Positions 38,176 to 51,793 of a stretch of 64,000 nt of DNA are shown one piece after another (position 1 is the stretch's first letter; every line of letters starts with the position of its first letter). A model generated the notes under the pieces. It did not search any database and was not told the DNA's origin. It saw only the letters and a list, made by a program, of their open reading frames with translations. The stretch is from contig RSEE01000121.1 in NCBI GenBank assembly GCA_003971905.1, forward strand, positions 1 through 64,000. The letters are read 5' to 3'. The stretch is from Moniliella sp. 'wahieum' (lineage: Eukaryota). A program made the position numbers and the translations under genes.

Positions 38176-41100
38176 ATGCTACCCGCGTCGGACACGGCCC
38201 GGACGACCGCGCACGCGGACACCACGCCGCTCCTCCGCCGCCGTCGGCCCCCGCCCAGGCCACGCGACGGTCCCGACAAAAAATGTATCGGGTCGGCCAC
38301 CCGATTGGGTACTTTGCCGCCCATGGCACGCCGTACCAGAAGAAGTACCTGAGCAAGAAGCTGAGGTTCTGCCTCGTTGTGTTTTTCCCTCCGATTGCCT
38401 TGGTGGCCTTGGTCATCTTGCTTGTGCCTGTCTTATGGGCCATCGGAGACCACACGCTCAGTGTCGTTCAAATGCACATTGAGCAGGCCAACTTGACCTC
38501 GCTTACCAACACTTCGTTTTCCCTCTCGTTATATGGACAGGTACGTTCCCGCTCCAATCGGCTCCCTCTCCTGCATAGGTCGTCGTAGCCGTCGCCACCT
38601 GAGATCTGACCCCAGTTCCACACAGGCCCTCAAGGCTGGCATTTTCCCTGCATCGATCTACTTCCGCACGCCGCTGGATGTGTATTGGATGACGCCTCCT
38701 CCAGAGATGAAAAAGCTACACTTGGGCACCTTCCCTCTAGGACGTGTGAGTGTAGCTAGTGGCCACGGAAAGGTGATCCAGACGACCCACTTTGCTATTG
38801 CCGATGTGGATGGGTTTCAGCAATTTACCGAGTTCCTCCTTACCCAGCCCCGGTTTACCTGGAAGCTCGTGTGCAACACGACGCATATTGAGGGGCTTGA
38901 TGCCCGCATACAAGAACTACAAGTTCCGCAAGTATGTGGACTTTACTGGGTTTGACAATTTTCATCAGGTGCAGCTGCTTGATTTTCAGTTACCCGGGAA
39001 CGACCCTTTGGGTGGCATCACGCTTCAGGCGCTTACGACCTTGGTCAACCCCTCGCCCTTTTCGGTGCAGCTAGGATACCTCGAGTTGGACTTGTACTAC
39101 CAAGGACTGTATATTGGAACGAGCGCCAGTTCTGGTCCGATCAACGTCACCTCGGGCCATAACACGATCCTTCTCGTTGGCCGTCTGCTGCCGCACAACA
39201 CCAACCAGACCGAGCTGGATATGCTTGGTGATCTGTTCACCAAGTATATCAATGGCGACATTGTCCCTGTGGTAGCCAAAGGTGTCTCGACGACGTTGGA
39301 GAGTGGAGAGGGAATTTCCTGGCTCGCTCAGGGGATCAAAGCATTGCGAATCAACGTACCTCTCCAGACCATAACGCCCATTAACCCAATCAAGTCGATT
39401 GAGATTGATGAGTTCAGCATCGCCTTTTCCGAAGCCTCGCCTTGGCAGCTGACCGCTTGGTCCAACAGTCTGAAGGCAATGCTCGGTCTCCCGTTCGGGT
39501 TTCAGCTCAACATTCTTCAGACGCAGGACAGTATCCAGTTGATGTACAACAATTCGATCGTCGGTGTTGTGTCGGGCGCTTATTCCAACTCCTCTCTTTC
39601 CCTCAACGTGGTGAATGCGGGTGCGACCGAGGGAGCGTTGGCGATCACCCTTCCGCCTTCCCCATTGGTGGTAGGGGAAAACCAAACAGCGCAGCATCTC
39701 TGGACGCAATATGAGGATGAGCTTGTTTTTGGCGCCAACACATCTACCCGTCTCGTTGGTACATCCCACGCGTTGACCGACACGCCTGTCGGGCGCATCC
39801 TCCTCTCTCCCATCAAGTTTGACGTTGAATCGGGGCTTACGGGACTACAAGGTCTAAGCAAGTACCCGACTGTTATCAAGTCTGTGAATGTGGTAGGGGG
39901 TACGCAGCAGGCCCTCCAGCTCTCAATTCCAGTAACCATCGTGAACCCCTCGAACCTGAACCTGAGCGCGGGTACGGTGCAATTCCAACTGGTCAACGAA
40001 GTGGTTTTGGGCACGGTAACGATGCCCAACCTACATCTTGATTTGGGCGCAAACAATATCACGGCGCAAGCGGCGTTTGATCCGCGGGTGGGACCCACAG
40101 GGTACCTTACCATCAACCGGTTCCTGTCGGGCCTAGACACGCGGTTGTACATTAACGGGTATGGTAACTCTTCTCCTATTGCTTCGCTCAACCCGTCGCT
40201 GGAGAAGATTCGAATCAACACCATTCTTCCCGGGCTGGCGCGGCCATTGATTGTGCAAGCGCGGCTCCAAGTGCCCGACACTATTGATTTTAACAACATG
40301 ACGAACATCTCGGTCACCATTGCCAACCCCTTCACCGCAGCAATGGACATCAAAACAATTCTGTCGACTCCTGGTATGTATAACTCTTGCAGTGCTGTGC
40401 CGTGCATCGGAACTGAGGAATTGATGGCTGACAATGCACGACTCGGTAGTGTACAGCAACCTGACCCTGGGCACCATCAACACCAACTTATCCACTCCCA
40501 TCCATGCCATTGGGAACGCCAGCACGGTGAGCCAGGAACTCCCGCTGGCGCTCGACGCGCGTCCCAAAACGCTGGTTGGCCTCATCCTGCAACTGGCTCA
40601 GGCGGGTCAAACTTCGCTCGGACCTTGGCCACCATTTCTTCAGAGTATCCTCGACTTGCCTGGAGATGCATCAACCCAAGTGCGAGGCATACCGGGGGGG
40701 GACGAATCGTCCTGTCCTGCGAATGGGGCGTTTGACCTACGAGCGGCCATCCTCCAAGCTGCCAACAAATCGCTTTCTGTCACCGTCCCCCTCGATGTGG
40801 AAGTGAGCATTGAACTCTGTGGGCCTCAATTTTACCCAGGGCCCTGTTCCCGTGCAGACGGACACGTCATTGTTGAATTTGCTCGGTCCGGCGGGGGCTC
40901 CTTTGATCCAGACGATTGTGGATCAGGCGGTCCTGAGTTTTGCCCAGGGTAACATTACCCACATCACCGACGATGGCTTTACAGTGAGCCTGCATGGCGC
41001 GCTGCAGACAAATGCGCCAACCAATGCGTTGATCATGTTCCCCGAGCCACTGGAGATCCGATGGAATGGGGCATTCATTGCTACCATCAGTCTTCCTCCC

Positions 41101-43387
41101 ATTTGCACCATTCCAGGTCAAGGGGTGCCCGATTTGTTCATCACTGGCCAGGTGAATATCACCGACCAAGCTGGCTTCACTACCTTTGCCAAATATATTC
41201 TCCACAGCCAAGAGTTCACCTGGGAGATTGGGAGCCCCCATGTGAATGTCTTGGCTCTGGGGATGACGTTTTCCGAGGTGAATTTGGTGAAGAATGTGAC
41301 GTTCCGAGCGTTCAATGGTCTGCCTGGTGTGGTAACCACTTCCTTTGACATTCCTAGCGAGGGGGAAGAAAACTTGTTCATCTCGGTTAGCACTGATATC
41401 CCTTCGCCTGCAACGTTGGGAATCGAGCTGAATACCGCCAAATTTACTCTCATCTTCCAGGACACCTATCTTGGGGATGCGCAGGTTCAGGGACTTACTC
41501 TGGTTCCTTCGGGAGTAACTCACTCGTTGCTCACAGGGCAGCTGGTGCGGCAACCCACGCCAATAGGGCAGAACAACCTTGGATTGCTCTGCTCCAGGTA
41601 TCTTCAGGGTAACAATACGACCCTGACGGTGCAAGGAGTGGAGGTGGATACTCCGTATCAAAACGGGAGGGTAGGCTGGATATCCGATGCCTTAGCCACG
41701 CTACAGTTCAATGCCACCGTGGTGGGCAAATCGACCGAGGCGATCTATGGCATGCACATGGTGAGCATGGGGGTGAACATAACAGGGGATCCTGCCAACG
41801 TGGCTTACAACATTCCTCTCTCAACCAATCGGACGATTGCTACGTTCGCTAACCCTTTCCACTTCACGTTCGCCCCGTTCCAGGTCAGCATGTCTCTTGA
41901 TATTGTCTTCAACAACATCCCCGCCGCTCGACTCGACTTGCCCATCCTGCCAGTCGTTTCCGAAGTTTCTACGGGCCCAGAGCGGCTTTCCACGTTGGCC
42001 GTATCTTTCCAAGACCAGCTGCTAAAATCGGTGAACAATGAGCAATATAGCGCGTACCTTGCCCAGTGCGGCGACAAAGCCGAATCGGATTTCCGGGTTA
42101 CTGGTGTGGCCAGCGTATGGGCAAACACGCATGTTGGTCCCCTATTAATCTCTAACCTCTCTTTCGACGTACCCTCTTCAATTGCGGGCATCAACTCGTT
42201 CAACCATGCGGCTACCTTGTCGAATGTGAGCCTGACGGGGTCTACGCCCGAGCATCTGCTCGTGCTCATTACTGTGGATTTGTTCAACCCAAGCAACGTG
42301 ACGGTCATAACACGAGACGCCTATCTTCCGGCATTCTACAAGGGTCTCGACGTCGGCCGTGCATATTTCCCCAGCCTCAGCCTCGTTCCCGGTGCCAATC
42401 ACTTACAAATCGCGTTTTACTACGCGCCTGCTAACCCTTCGGACCCTGTTGGACTTGAGCTCCTGCACGAGTATGTGGGACCAATAAACAATGGCACGGG
42501 TGGGAGCGCCATACCTAGCATCACCACCATCGATGTCGGAGGACTACCGAAGGACAATCTTTACCCCGAGACGCCGTACGATTCGATTCTAGAAGCCTTG
42601 CATGGACTTAGCATCCCTTTGCCCCTCCCTGGAGCAGGCGCTCGGTTGGTGCTGGAGCTGGACTTGACCATTCCTGTTTTGCCAGCCTTACTGAACAGCC
42701 AAGGATCGGCCCAACTATTCATTCACAATCCTCTCAAGGCAGGCCTGACGATCGAGCACATTGAATCGGTCGTTTGGAAGGCAGGTTTCGAAGGGGCCGG
42801 CGACCCGTCCCTTGTTCGCGCCAAGGTGAATCAATCCATTACTCCAGCCGTGCATGTGGGCTCTGGCGAAACTAAGATTGTCCCGGTGACGTTTACATTG
42901 ACTGGCGGCTTACTCTTTTCTCTGGACCTACTACTCCAATCCCTCTCCATCGAAGCTACAATCACGATGCAAGTCGATGGAGGATACACTATCCCAGGTC
43001 TTCCCTATACAGAGTGAGCCTCCTTCACCTCTCCTGCTTTTTTTGCACGTTTTTGTATTCGGTACTAACACCTTTGACAGGTATGATATCCACGCCACCT
43101 ACCTAGCCACCGTACTTGACATTCCGATCAACATCACATCAATTGCCGATCTTTTGCCCAACATGCTGGCTGTGCTCACCCCGGAGCAGGTGACCAACTC
43201 CCTACTTCCCACGCTTCAGCAGCTCCCGGCCAACCAGGTGCAGATGATGGCCCAATCGCTTAATACTAACGATCCCATCGTACAGTTCGCATGCAACGCC
43301 GTGCCCATTCTCAAGGGTCTGCCTGAGTGCCAACCGGCGATGGGCCTCCATCTCCGCGACTTACAGAAGATGCTTGATTATTCCTGA
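38176..43387 (+). CDS. Large single-pass membrane protein with repeated DUF3712/LEA2-like beta domains
   Basis: An N-terminal TM helix (FCLVVFFPPIALVALVILLVPVLWAI) followed by repeated units: FQQFTEFLLTQPRFTW; LVNPSPFSVQLG; FTTFAKYILHSQEFTW; IPSPATLGIEL; NPSNLNL; NPFTAA; NPFHF; NPSNVTV. Many N-x-S/T sites. Probable introns near 38541-38625, 40374-40450 and 43014-43080, plus frameshifts. Confidence 0.78.
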
Positions 43388-44300
43388 TGAGAGGCGCCGC
43401 ACCTACATTTTCGCCAACTTCCTGACTCGCAATGTGCGCCCGCTCCCGTGCGCCCGCTCCAAGGCCTATACTACCCAATAGGTGTGACGGCTGTACCCTT
43501 TTTTACTCATTCTTTCCCCTCATTCCACCTTCCCCCCGTTGTTTGGCTCTTAAACTTTTTTACCATAACGAGCAGAGACGAAAAATACGATCGGATGCGT
43601 TCTTAGCGTCTGTGGGGTAGTGGCGAGAAGAGCCAGAGTTGATTGACGACTTCTATACCCCAAGTCAGATTCATCCGCCTCACAACTTATCTTCACTTTT
43701 ATTAGTCTGTTAACGAGGGGACCACTGGCGGACCTCCTGGCCGGTGTGGCGGGGCTTCGCCCCAGGCTGTCCTTGTGCTGATGGTGTTCAACCAGTCTTG
43801 AAGCGTAAGGATGGCACACACATTTAGTACACCCCTCCACGTGGATACTGATGTTTTCTGCGGCAGGGAGTCGGACAGGAGGGGTTCAGTCGATATACCT
43901 CGACCATTGGCGCTGTGGTGGCTTCTTCAAGCCCCTCGTCGGTAAACGTTAGAGTAATTTCGATTCAAAGCCCCCAACGCAGAGAGGGAGTAACATGATC
44001 TGCATGATCCTAGGAGGAAGCTTTTTACTTCCAGAGGCATAGTTTACAAGAGCGTGACGCGGACTCAACCTAGGACACTTTAGTGCTGGAATGTGTAGCA
44101 CACAACCCATCAGCACAACACAAATACTAGGCACAGCGCTATAAGCAATGGTAAACCATCATTGTTGAGTCCGGGGAAAGGTTTGATTGTATGAGGAAAG
44201 AGCGGGCAGCAGGAGAAGGCGGGGGCCAAAGGAAGATCATATCAAACAGATGGTACCAAAGAGGCATCGATAATGCGCTACCACACGGGCGATTAAACCC

Positions 44301-46180
44301 TCACATGGCGTACCTTGATCGCGCACGCAGACGCGGTCCGTACTTCATGAAAACGAAGGGGACAGGAGCCAAGGCAAACACACAGGCGCCAAAGACGCTA
44401 CTTGCCACACGTGGGTTGAGGTTTTCGTACATCTGTGTAGTAAATAGGGGAAATACTCCGCCGACGGCCGAACGGACAACCGTGTTAGCTGCAAGCGCAG
44501 ATGCTGCGACAGGCATGTACGCCTCGACCGAGAACGCAATCAGGCCCACAAAGAGCATCACGATTGCACATCCAATAGGCACACCCGCTGCCAATGGAGC
44601 CCAGTACGAAACGGAGGGATACGAGGTCCAAGCTAGCCAAAAATACCCAATGCCCAATAACGGGCCGCCCCATATGCATGCCTCCAGACGTTGCTCAGGT
44701 AACGGGCCCATCCTGCCCGTTTCTTTAACCACAGCCATCACCTTTTGACGTAACGGGGGTTGAATACCAAAATGTAGATAAACGCGGACGAGAAGACACC
44801 CAGGAGGTAGCCCAAAAATGCCAGGCCTTCTTCGAGGGCGTTCATATGGTGCAACCCTTGGAAAATGACGGGATAGCTGCCGAAGAGACCGTATAGCAGT
44901 CCATACACATAACTTGTGTAAATAACAACAAAGAGCAACATGGGCTCGTGAACGAGCAGTAACAGAGGTTTGAGCAAAGTCTTTTGCAGAATTCGGGCTG
45001 GTTCGATCTTGACCAGTTCAATGGGCGCACGGTAACGATCATCACCGGTTTCCTTGCGTAGCCGCTGGGCTTTACGAGCCAATAGGATGGGTGGGTAGGT
45101 TTCTTTGATGACCACGATGGCCACCAGCCCGACCACGGCCGAGAACATGGTCACAGCCCAAAAGACCCAGCGGAAGTCCACGCCCGAAACATGCACTGCA
45201 CCACTGACGATCGGACCGATCGCTGGGCCAGCGTAGGGAGCAACACAGAAGATAGAAAGGGCTATGCCACGCGTCTGGATGTCCCACACATCGGTAATGA
45301 CGCTCCCGGCATTGGTGAGGGTGCTGAGCCGAATACACCCGCAAGGAAACGAAGCACGATTAAGCTACCGGTATTGGGGGCGAAGGCAGTACCGAGATTG
45401 AAAGCCGTCAAACCAGTCATGGAGACGACCAAGCATGGCCATCGTCCAACAATCTCGCTCACTGGCCCCCAGAACAACGGCCCGGCGGCATAGGATAGTA
45501 CAAAGATGGTGATGCAGAGAATTGCCACTTCTCGAGAAACATGGAAGTGCGCCATAATGTCGGGTGCGATGCCGGAAGGTGAACTAGATGTGAACGTTGA
45601 GCAGAAGACGGTCAATGCGGCAATGATTGTGATGAGCCAACTGAGTGCCAAAAACAGACAAAAGGCAGGTTAGAACGGTCGAGCAATTCAGGATCAAACT
45701 GAGATTTTAACGCAATGACGGGCTTACTTACCGGTAAGAGCGACTCCAGTTCTGTGGGTTTTCTTTCTCGTCATCGCCTTCCCAATGCACGACAATGACA
45801 TCATTCTTTGTCTCAAGCGAGCCCCGAAACGAGCCTTCACCGTTAGAGTTCACAGGAGCAAGTGCAGGCTCCATAGAAATTGCCTCCTTTCCCTCTGGGT
45901 TCTTCGCATGGGGATGACGCTCGCCTCGTGCTGAGCTTGAGGGACTTTCGCGACCTGAGCCTCCAAGGGAGGTGATTGAGGACTGATTGCTTGCCGTCCG
46001 AAGCAGGTCTCTATCAGCCGGGTCCAATCGAGTGTAATCACCGCGGGACAAACCATACTCCATGACCGCAATCTCTTCGTCATATGCGCCGGATTCCACA
46101 GGGGGGTGGGCATGGGCATAGCAGTGCTTGTTCGTGGTCGATGGCGTCTGTTCCTGGTGACAGGACAGGACCAGAAGCAT
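44301..46180 (-). CDS. MFS DHA1 transporter (Tpo/polyamine-type)
   Basis: VVHWEGDDEKENPQNWS, GPLFWGPVSEIVGR, LRFLAGVFGSAP, GPAIGPIVSG, KETYPPILLARKAQRLRKETGD, EPMLL, PEQRL and AASALAANTVVRS..GGVFPLF. Probable intron at ~45641-45731. The start is approximate. Confidence 0.9.
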
Positions 46181-48296
46181 GGGCTGGCGTAACCATGAGT
46201 AGGGGCAAGAACGCGACGGGGATGAGAAAAGGTTGCGGTGGGTCGGAAGGAAAAGGCAAAGATGAGGTCGATGACGCGTAATATAAATGGAAAAGGGACG
46301 CACAGGGAAAGCAGAGAAGGGGAATTGGCCACCAACTATTACTTCGTACTACGGCTGCAACACTTGGCATGCCATCGGGCCGAAATATAGTCGGCAGCGG
46401 CCCGAAGACGCCCAAGCCACATATCGCCATATGTATTCACCGTGAAGGTTTGCCACTAGAGGCGAATATCAGCGATGAAGACCGACATTGATACAGGACA
46501 TGAGCCACCCCACTCCCACCCCCCACCCCCGCTGTCGATGAATTCTCGCTCATCTCATCATTAATCATTAGGCCACAGGCCTGACGTCCGTCAAGCCACC
46601 TCTAACCCTGGAAGGCGATGGCACCACCGAGTCGCAGACACTGTTGTTCCTTTTTCTGCTGCCCTCTCTCCTGCTGCGCGCGGAAATCTGTGCGGGATGA
46701 GGTCTGAGGCCTCTCTGAGCCTGTGGGGCCTCAAGACATGTGAAGGCCCTGGAGCCTGAAGCCTGAAGACGCAGTTCGGAGAAGCATCCGCTCCAATAGC
46801 CGAAAAACAGAGAGAACGTGCGAGTCCCGGGCCCAGCCGAGAAGCGCAAGGGCGCCCACGGACGCAGCCGACACACAGCAAACTCGGTGCCCCGAGTTTT
46901 CTTTCTAGGACAGGCGCCGAGTTTGCTGGCAATTACACCGATTTGGCCAAGCAGTTATCCCGTGCCGCCTGAGCATGCACCTTGGCTCATCCAATTTCAA
47001 AAAGCGAGCGCCGCTCCAGCAGTGGCCGAGCAACGCGAAGCACATGTCGAGCCTCTGTCGTCCGCCTCCGTTGGGCGTCGACGTGCGCGCAGGACCACAA
47101 AACCATCGGCTGGCACCGCTTCCATCTCGCCGCGGCGACTCGAGTCGAGCCAGATGCTTGGCACTACGATTGTGGGGGGTGCTGGCACAGAAACGTGTTG
47201 ATCCAGTTGATCATTGAACACATTGAACGTTGATCGATGATCGATGATTTCATCCATCATCGACATCATCCATCATCCATTCTGGGCCCCACCTGTTTCA
47301 TTGGGCCAACAAAAGCCCTCTCAGTCTACTAACAAGAGCAGCCGCAAGCAGAGATCAAGTCAGAGGGGGACTTGGGCTGACGGTTTCGGCAGGATCATAT
47401 ATCATCACGAGGAAGTGCTATCGGATGATATTATTAGTGCCTTCGCAGCCTCGCTTGCTTCTGTTGGGGGGGGGGGCTGGGGTTCCCTTGCACGGCCCTC
47501 GGTGGATCGGTGACGCTCACTTAACCGGGCGGAAGAGTTCCGCTCGCAGGGCGCGCGCGCCCTGCTCGCTTCATCTCCCTTCTCTCCTCCTGTCTCCTTG
47601 CCTTCAGACGTTACCTGAAGACTTATGGCCCACCCCTTTGCCTTCATGCCTATCTGAAGGCTGCTTTGCAACCTCATCCATAGGATCGCGAGTGCTCCCA
47701 AGTCGCACTCTGTAGCAGCTTCGTCTGCTTCGCTCTGTCACTTCTTTGCCAGTGCGATGGGCTTAGACAGGAGGGGGTTACCAAAACAGGGTCAGCCAAC
47801 AGTCAGCATCCTCGATCAGTGGGGATCCTTATCCCACCTTCCATTCTCGTCCCTTCCCACCTTTCTTGTCCAACTCCTGAGGGTTTCCGGCCAACTGATT
47901 GAGTAATGCAGGCAACCTCTAATCTCCACTTAGCTGCCTCATCTTCATCATCCAACCTCGTCTTCCAGCTTTCCATCCGCCCAGTCACGCGAGCCTTCCT
48001 TCAGCGGCATCGATTCGCCCTACCACAGCGTATCGCGTGGGTTCCTTTCACAGCTACGTCCACAGCCGCCCCTCCCAGCTTCAGCCCTGGCAGTCTTTGT
48101 CCTCCACAGCATCTACCCGTCCCTATAACTCCGGAGGCTTCAGACACGTTACTACCCCAAGGCGGCGCATACGCAGCCTTTCCGCGCGTGCGGCCGCCTC
48201 GGCTTCACGCCCAAAGGCTTCTCCTCGGCTCGGATCCATCAAATAGCCCAAACCCGAAACTACCGCAGTCGGCAGTGGCGGCACAACTCTCGGTGT

Positions 48297-48490
48297 GGAT
48301 TGAAGGAACACTGTGCGCGAGTGTGGTCGTTGGTGCCGCAATGGGGGCACCGGCGGTGAGTACGGGTAGGGGGCATTTTAAGGGAGTGGAGGGACGCGTC
48401 GACGCGACTCTGCCATATGCCCGATACTTGGCGCAGCCAGCCCCGTCACGTGCAGGTCGGGGGGCAGTAGGGTTGTTGGCACGTTTTGAT
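48297..48490 (+). repeat. Dispersed repeat, copy 2 of the subtelomeric 1700-1900 segment
   Basis: Same orientation as copy 1, with a near-identical core at ~48343-48475 and small indels and substitutions. Confidence 0.9.
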
Positions 48491-49861
48491 GGGTCCTGCC
48501 ATATGGTAATTAAAGATTCATTGCCTTCGCCTCCCCCATTCCTGCGACCAACAACCTCCTATCAAGGAACGAGTCCCTCAAGATGGGACCCGCACCTGTA
48601 GTGTAGGTGTCATGGGCGGGCGCCGCCAGGGGGCCCGCCCTGGGGTTTTTGGGGACAATCCCTTAGGCGACGGTAGGTCGACTCACGGTAGTTTCGGGCT
48701 TAGGCTGGCTGGTGAATCCGAGCGTAGCTTGGGACGAGGGAGGCCTTTGGTGGGGCGGCTGCTCGTGTGGCAAGGCTGCGTCTGCACCGGCTTGGGCCGT
48801 AGTAACGTGTCTGACGCCTCCGGGACTTAGGGACGGGGAGGAGGACAGCGGGGACAAACACTGCCTCAACTGAGACTGGAAATCGAAGCGGCCAGAGGAG
48901 GGCTCGCGCGACTGGACTGACGGATTGCTGGAGGAGAAGTCGGACGCTAACAAGAGGCTGCCTGTACTGGATCAATTGGCTGGAAAACGGGCAAGATGTT
49001 ACGGAGCGCTCCGGTTATCTCCGGACACCGAGCCCCGCATGTCGTAGAACCCTCATCGACGCACACGCCATTCCCAACGACACTTGTGAGTAAAGCCACA
49101 CGGGCCACTTGCCGCGCGATGTTTTCCGCGGAGAGCCAGGAGAGGACCGGACTTAACGGTACGAAGCTTCGTATCCGCGGCATCCGGCCATTAGAGAACT
49201 CCACTTCGACTGCGGCCCACCGAGATCGCAGTCTGCGAACAACAGGCCGCCCTTTGCCTTTACTACTGTAGATTCCCTTCCTCTGTTGATGCCTGTTCTG
49301 ATGTTACGATATATAAGCAGCCCGTTCTGAGGCTTGCTGGCGGTGATCCTCACCGCCCAACCTTCCCCACATCAACCCCCGTCTATACTCCCGACTTCCC
49401 TTTCACTCTTCACCCTTATACGCTTACGAATTTACGACTTACGTCGAGCACTCTGCAAGTCGCGGTTACTTCAGTAGCACTTGCTCTTCTTTAGGACTCT
49501 GTTTGTTCCCGCCAACTATAGCGTGCCAAGTGTGGTAACGCCGCGAGGAACGGAGTAACTCCGGAGATCCTGGACCCCTTCAATTGGTCTTACGACTTGC
49601 GAACACGGCTCCTACCTCGGAGGGTCTGAGCTGCGGCCTTTGCACGCAGGCAGCCACCCAAACTAGAGGGTCTCTCCCTTGCCTCTACACCGCTCGGTTC
49701 AACCAGGATCTGAAGCAGGACCTAACGTACGTGACTCTAATGCCATGTCCAAGGGCTTTCACCTCTAAATTCCGGGGTCGAGCTCCGTCTCGGGGCTCGC
49801 CCCATGACACAAGAGTCGGACAGGATAGGCGGGAAGGACGAGGGATGACGAGAGTGGGGAA

Positions 49862-49945
49862 GAGAATGGAAGGTGGACGAGAATGGAAGGTGGACGAGAA
49901 TGGAAGGTGGACGAGAATGGAAGGTGGACGAGAATGAAAGGTGGT
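49862..49945. repeat. 17-bp tandem repeat (GAGAATGGAAGGTGGAC), ~4.8 copies
   Basis: Direct reading of the sequence. Confidence 0.92.
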
Positions 49946-50341
49946 GGAAAAGGTCCCCATCAACCAGTGGTACAGGCAAGATCAAAAGGGAAACAGATAT
50001 AAGAGGGGGGGTGTAGAAAGGAAGACATGTCAAAAGCGGGGTTAAAAGGAAACGGGGACGGGGCGACAGACGTCGCCACACACTGGAGGCTCGGTGGCCT
50101 TATTTAGGCCGGCCGACATGGACTTGGGCGGGGGGCGACTATTGTCACGCGGAACATGGCCCTTCGGCCACGGTACTTAATTTAGCCAACCATCATCACA
50201 CTTGGTTGGCCTGCGGAGCACGCTCTATTGGGCATGTGCGGAGCAGGCGGGCCTTAGCTTGGGTCAGACCAGCTCGTGTCCGCCGCAGCCCGTGACAGTA
50301 GGGGTGCAAACGCTGTTTCCTCCATCTTCGGCACGTAGCGC

Positions 50342-50606
50342 CTAGAGGTCCACGCACGCCTGTTGGCAGGGCCGTTGTCAGTACCTTATCTACTACAGCA
50401 GGCATCACTGTATGTTGTCGCACAGCTCGGGTGTTGGCAACTCGGCAACCAGGTGCACCAACAGTACCAAAAAAACACCTGTGACAGAGACTGCAGCACG
50501 TACCATGGCTGTTTCCCTACTCTTGATCTTCAGTTGCGCCAGTGTTTTGTTCGTGTTACTCGTGCTAGTCCTGTCAGCTTACTTCTCTAGAATGGCGCAT
50601 CGCAGC

Positions 50607-50639
<33 letters not shown>

Positions 50640-50905
50640 GCACTCAACTACAGAGTTTTGGCCGTTGATCAACACGAACCCGCCTGGAGAGCTCCCGGGG
50701 ACTTTGCCGAGGACCAAGTTCATGAGGTCTCCCATCTTCATGGTCAGGGGGGCGGACACGGACATGGAATTATCTGGCGAAGCCTAGGGGTTAGCGCTCG
50801 ATATAATAAGCATGGAGCATGAAATGGCAGGAGGATGGGGAACATACCGATGAGCTCCGAGGTCGTGGGGCTAAATATGTTGATGTATACGGTGCAGGAG
50901 GGCAT
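50342..50905 (-). CDS. Putative small (~90 aa) ubiquitin-fold protein, 4 exons
   Basis: Manual splicing gives exons 50905-50848, 50783-50644, 50564-50504 and 50359-50342. Donors are GTATGT, GTGCGT and GTACGT, with CTAAC/CTGAC branch motifs. The model needs one 1-nt correction near the exon 1/2 junction. Product: MPSCTVYINIFSP...SMSVSAPLTMKMGDLMNLVL...GGFVLING...NKTLAQLKIKSRETAMACVDL*. Confidence 0.5.
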
Positions 50906-51793
50906 GGCTGAGGGTAAAATGGCAGCAGCGGTGGTGGGAGGGAAAGGAAGTGGGATGGGATGGATGCCCCCTTTTTGTATGGAACCGTGGAAGAGGGCCA
51001 AGGACGGCTGTGCCGCACAGCCCCAGCCGCTGATTGTGGAGCCATCGGGTGGCTCGTGCTTTGGCCAATGTCCCTTTTAGTTTCCTCCGGCCTGGGAGTT
51101 CCGTTGTTTTATCTCTCCTGTTTTTCCTTGTTCCGCAGCTTAGCCCCTGGTGGCGACTCGCTGCTTGATGGTCCTCTGTAGGCGTTGCTGGTTGGCTTAG
51201 GCCACCACCACCACACCAGTGCGATTGCATCACCCTCGAGGACTATCCGGACTCCAGGTCTCATTCATATGCAGTTTTGCCAGAGGAGTCTGCCAAGGAA
51301 CCAGGAGATGATTTAAGCGAGACGCGAGCAAGACAAGATAGGCGGGGAAAGAGCGACCACAACTCGTTAGAGAGCCCCAAAGAAAAAAGGTGCCCAAGCG
51401 CGCCGACAGAGGTGACGTGTGACATGTGACCGGTGACCAACCTGCCAGAAGCGACGCACAGGGTCTATCTAGGGACGCTGCCTCCCTACGCCAACATGAT
51501 ATACGCCACTGCAGATGCCGGACGCAAGGCGAGAAACGGTTGATGCCGAAAGCATAACGCTTACCCCCGAAGCACTGGGCAAGTGGTCCGCACATTGCAA
51601 AAATATATATGCTGACCCATATAATGTCGACCCCACACCATGTACACACGTCGTCGCTTTCCGGGGCCGCCGCAACATTAATTAAGTACCATTCCAGCCG
51701 CTTGAATCTCGAGGATGGGCGGTGTGGTTGCCGAACGCCACTACAACCGGACTGCTCCTGCGTTTCTACCACCACCATTCCCCACCGGCGCGC

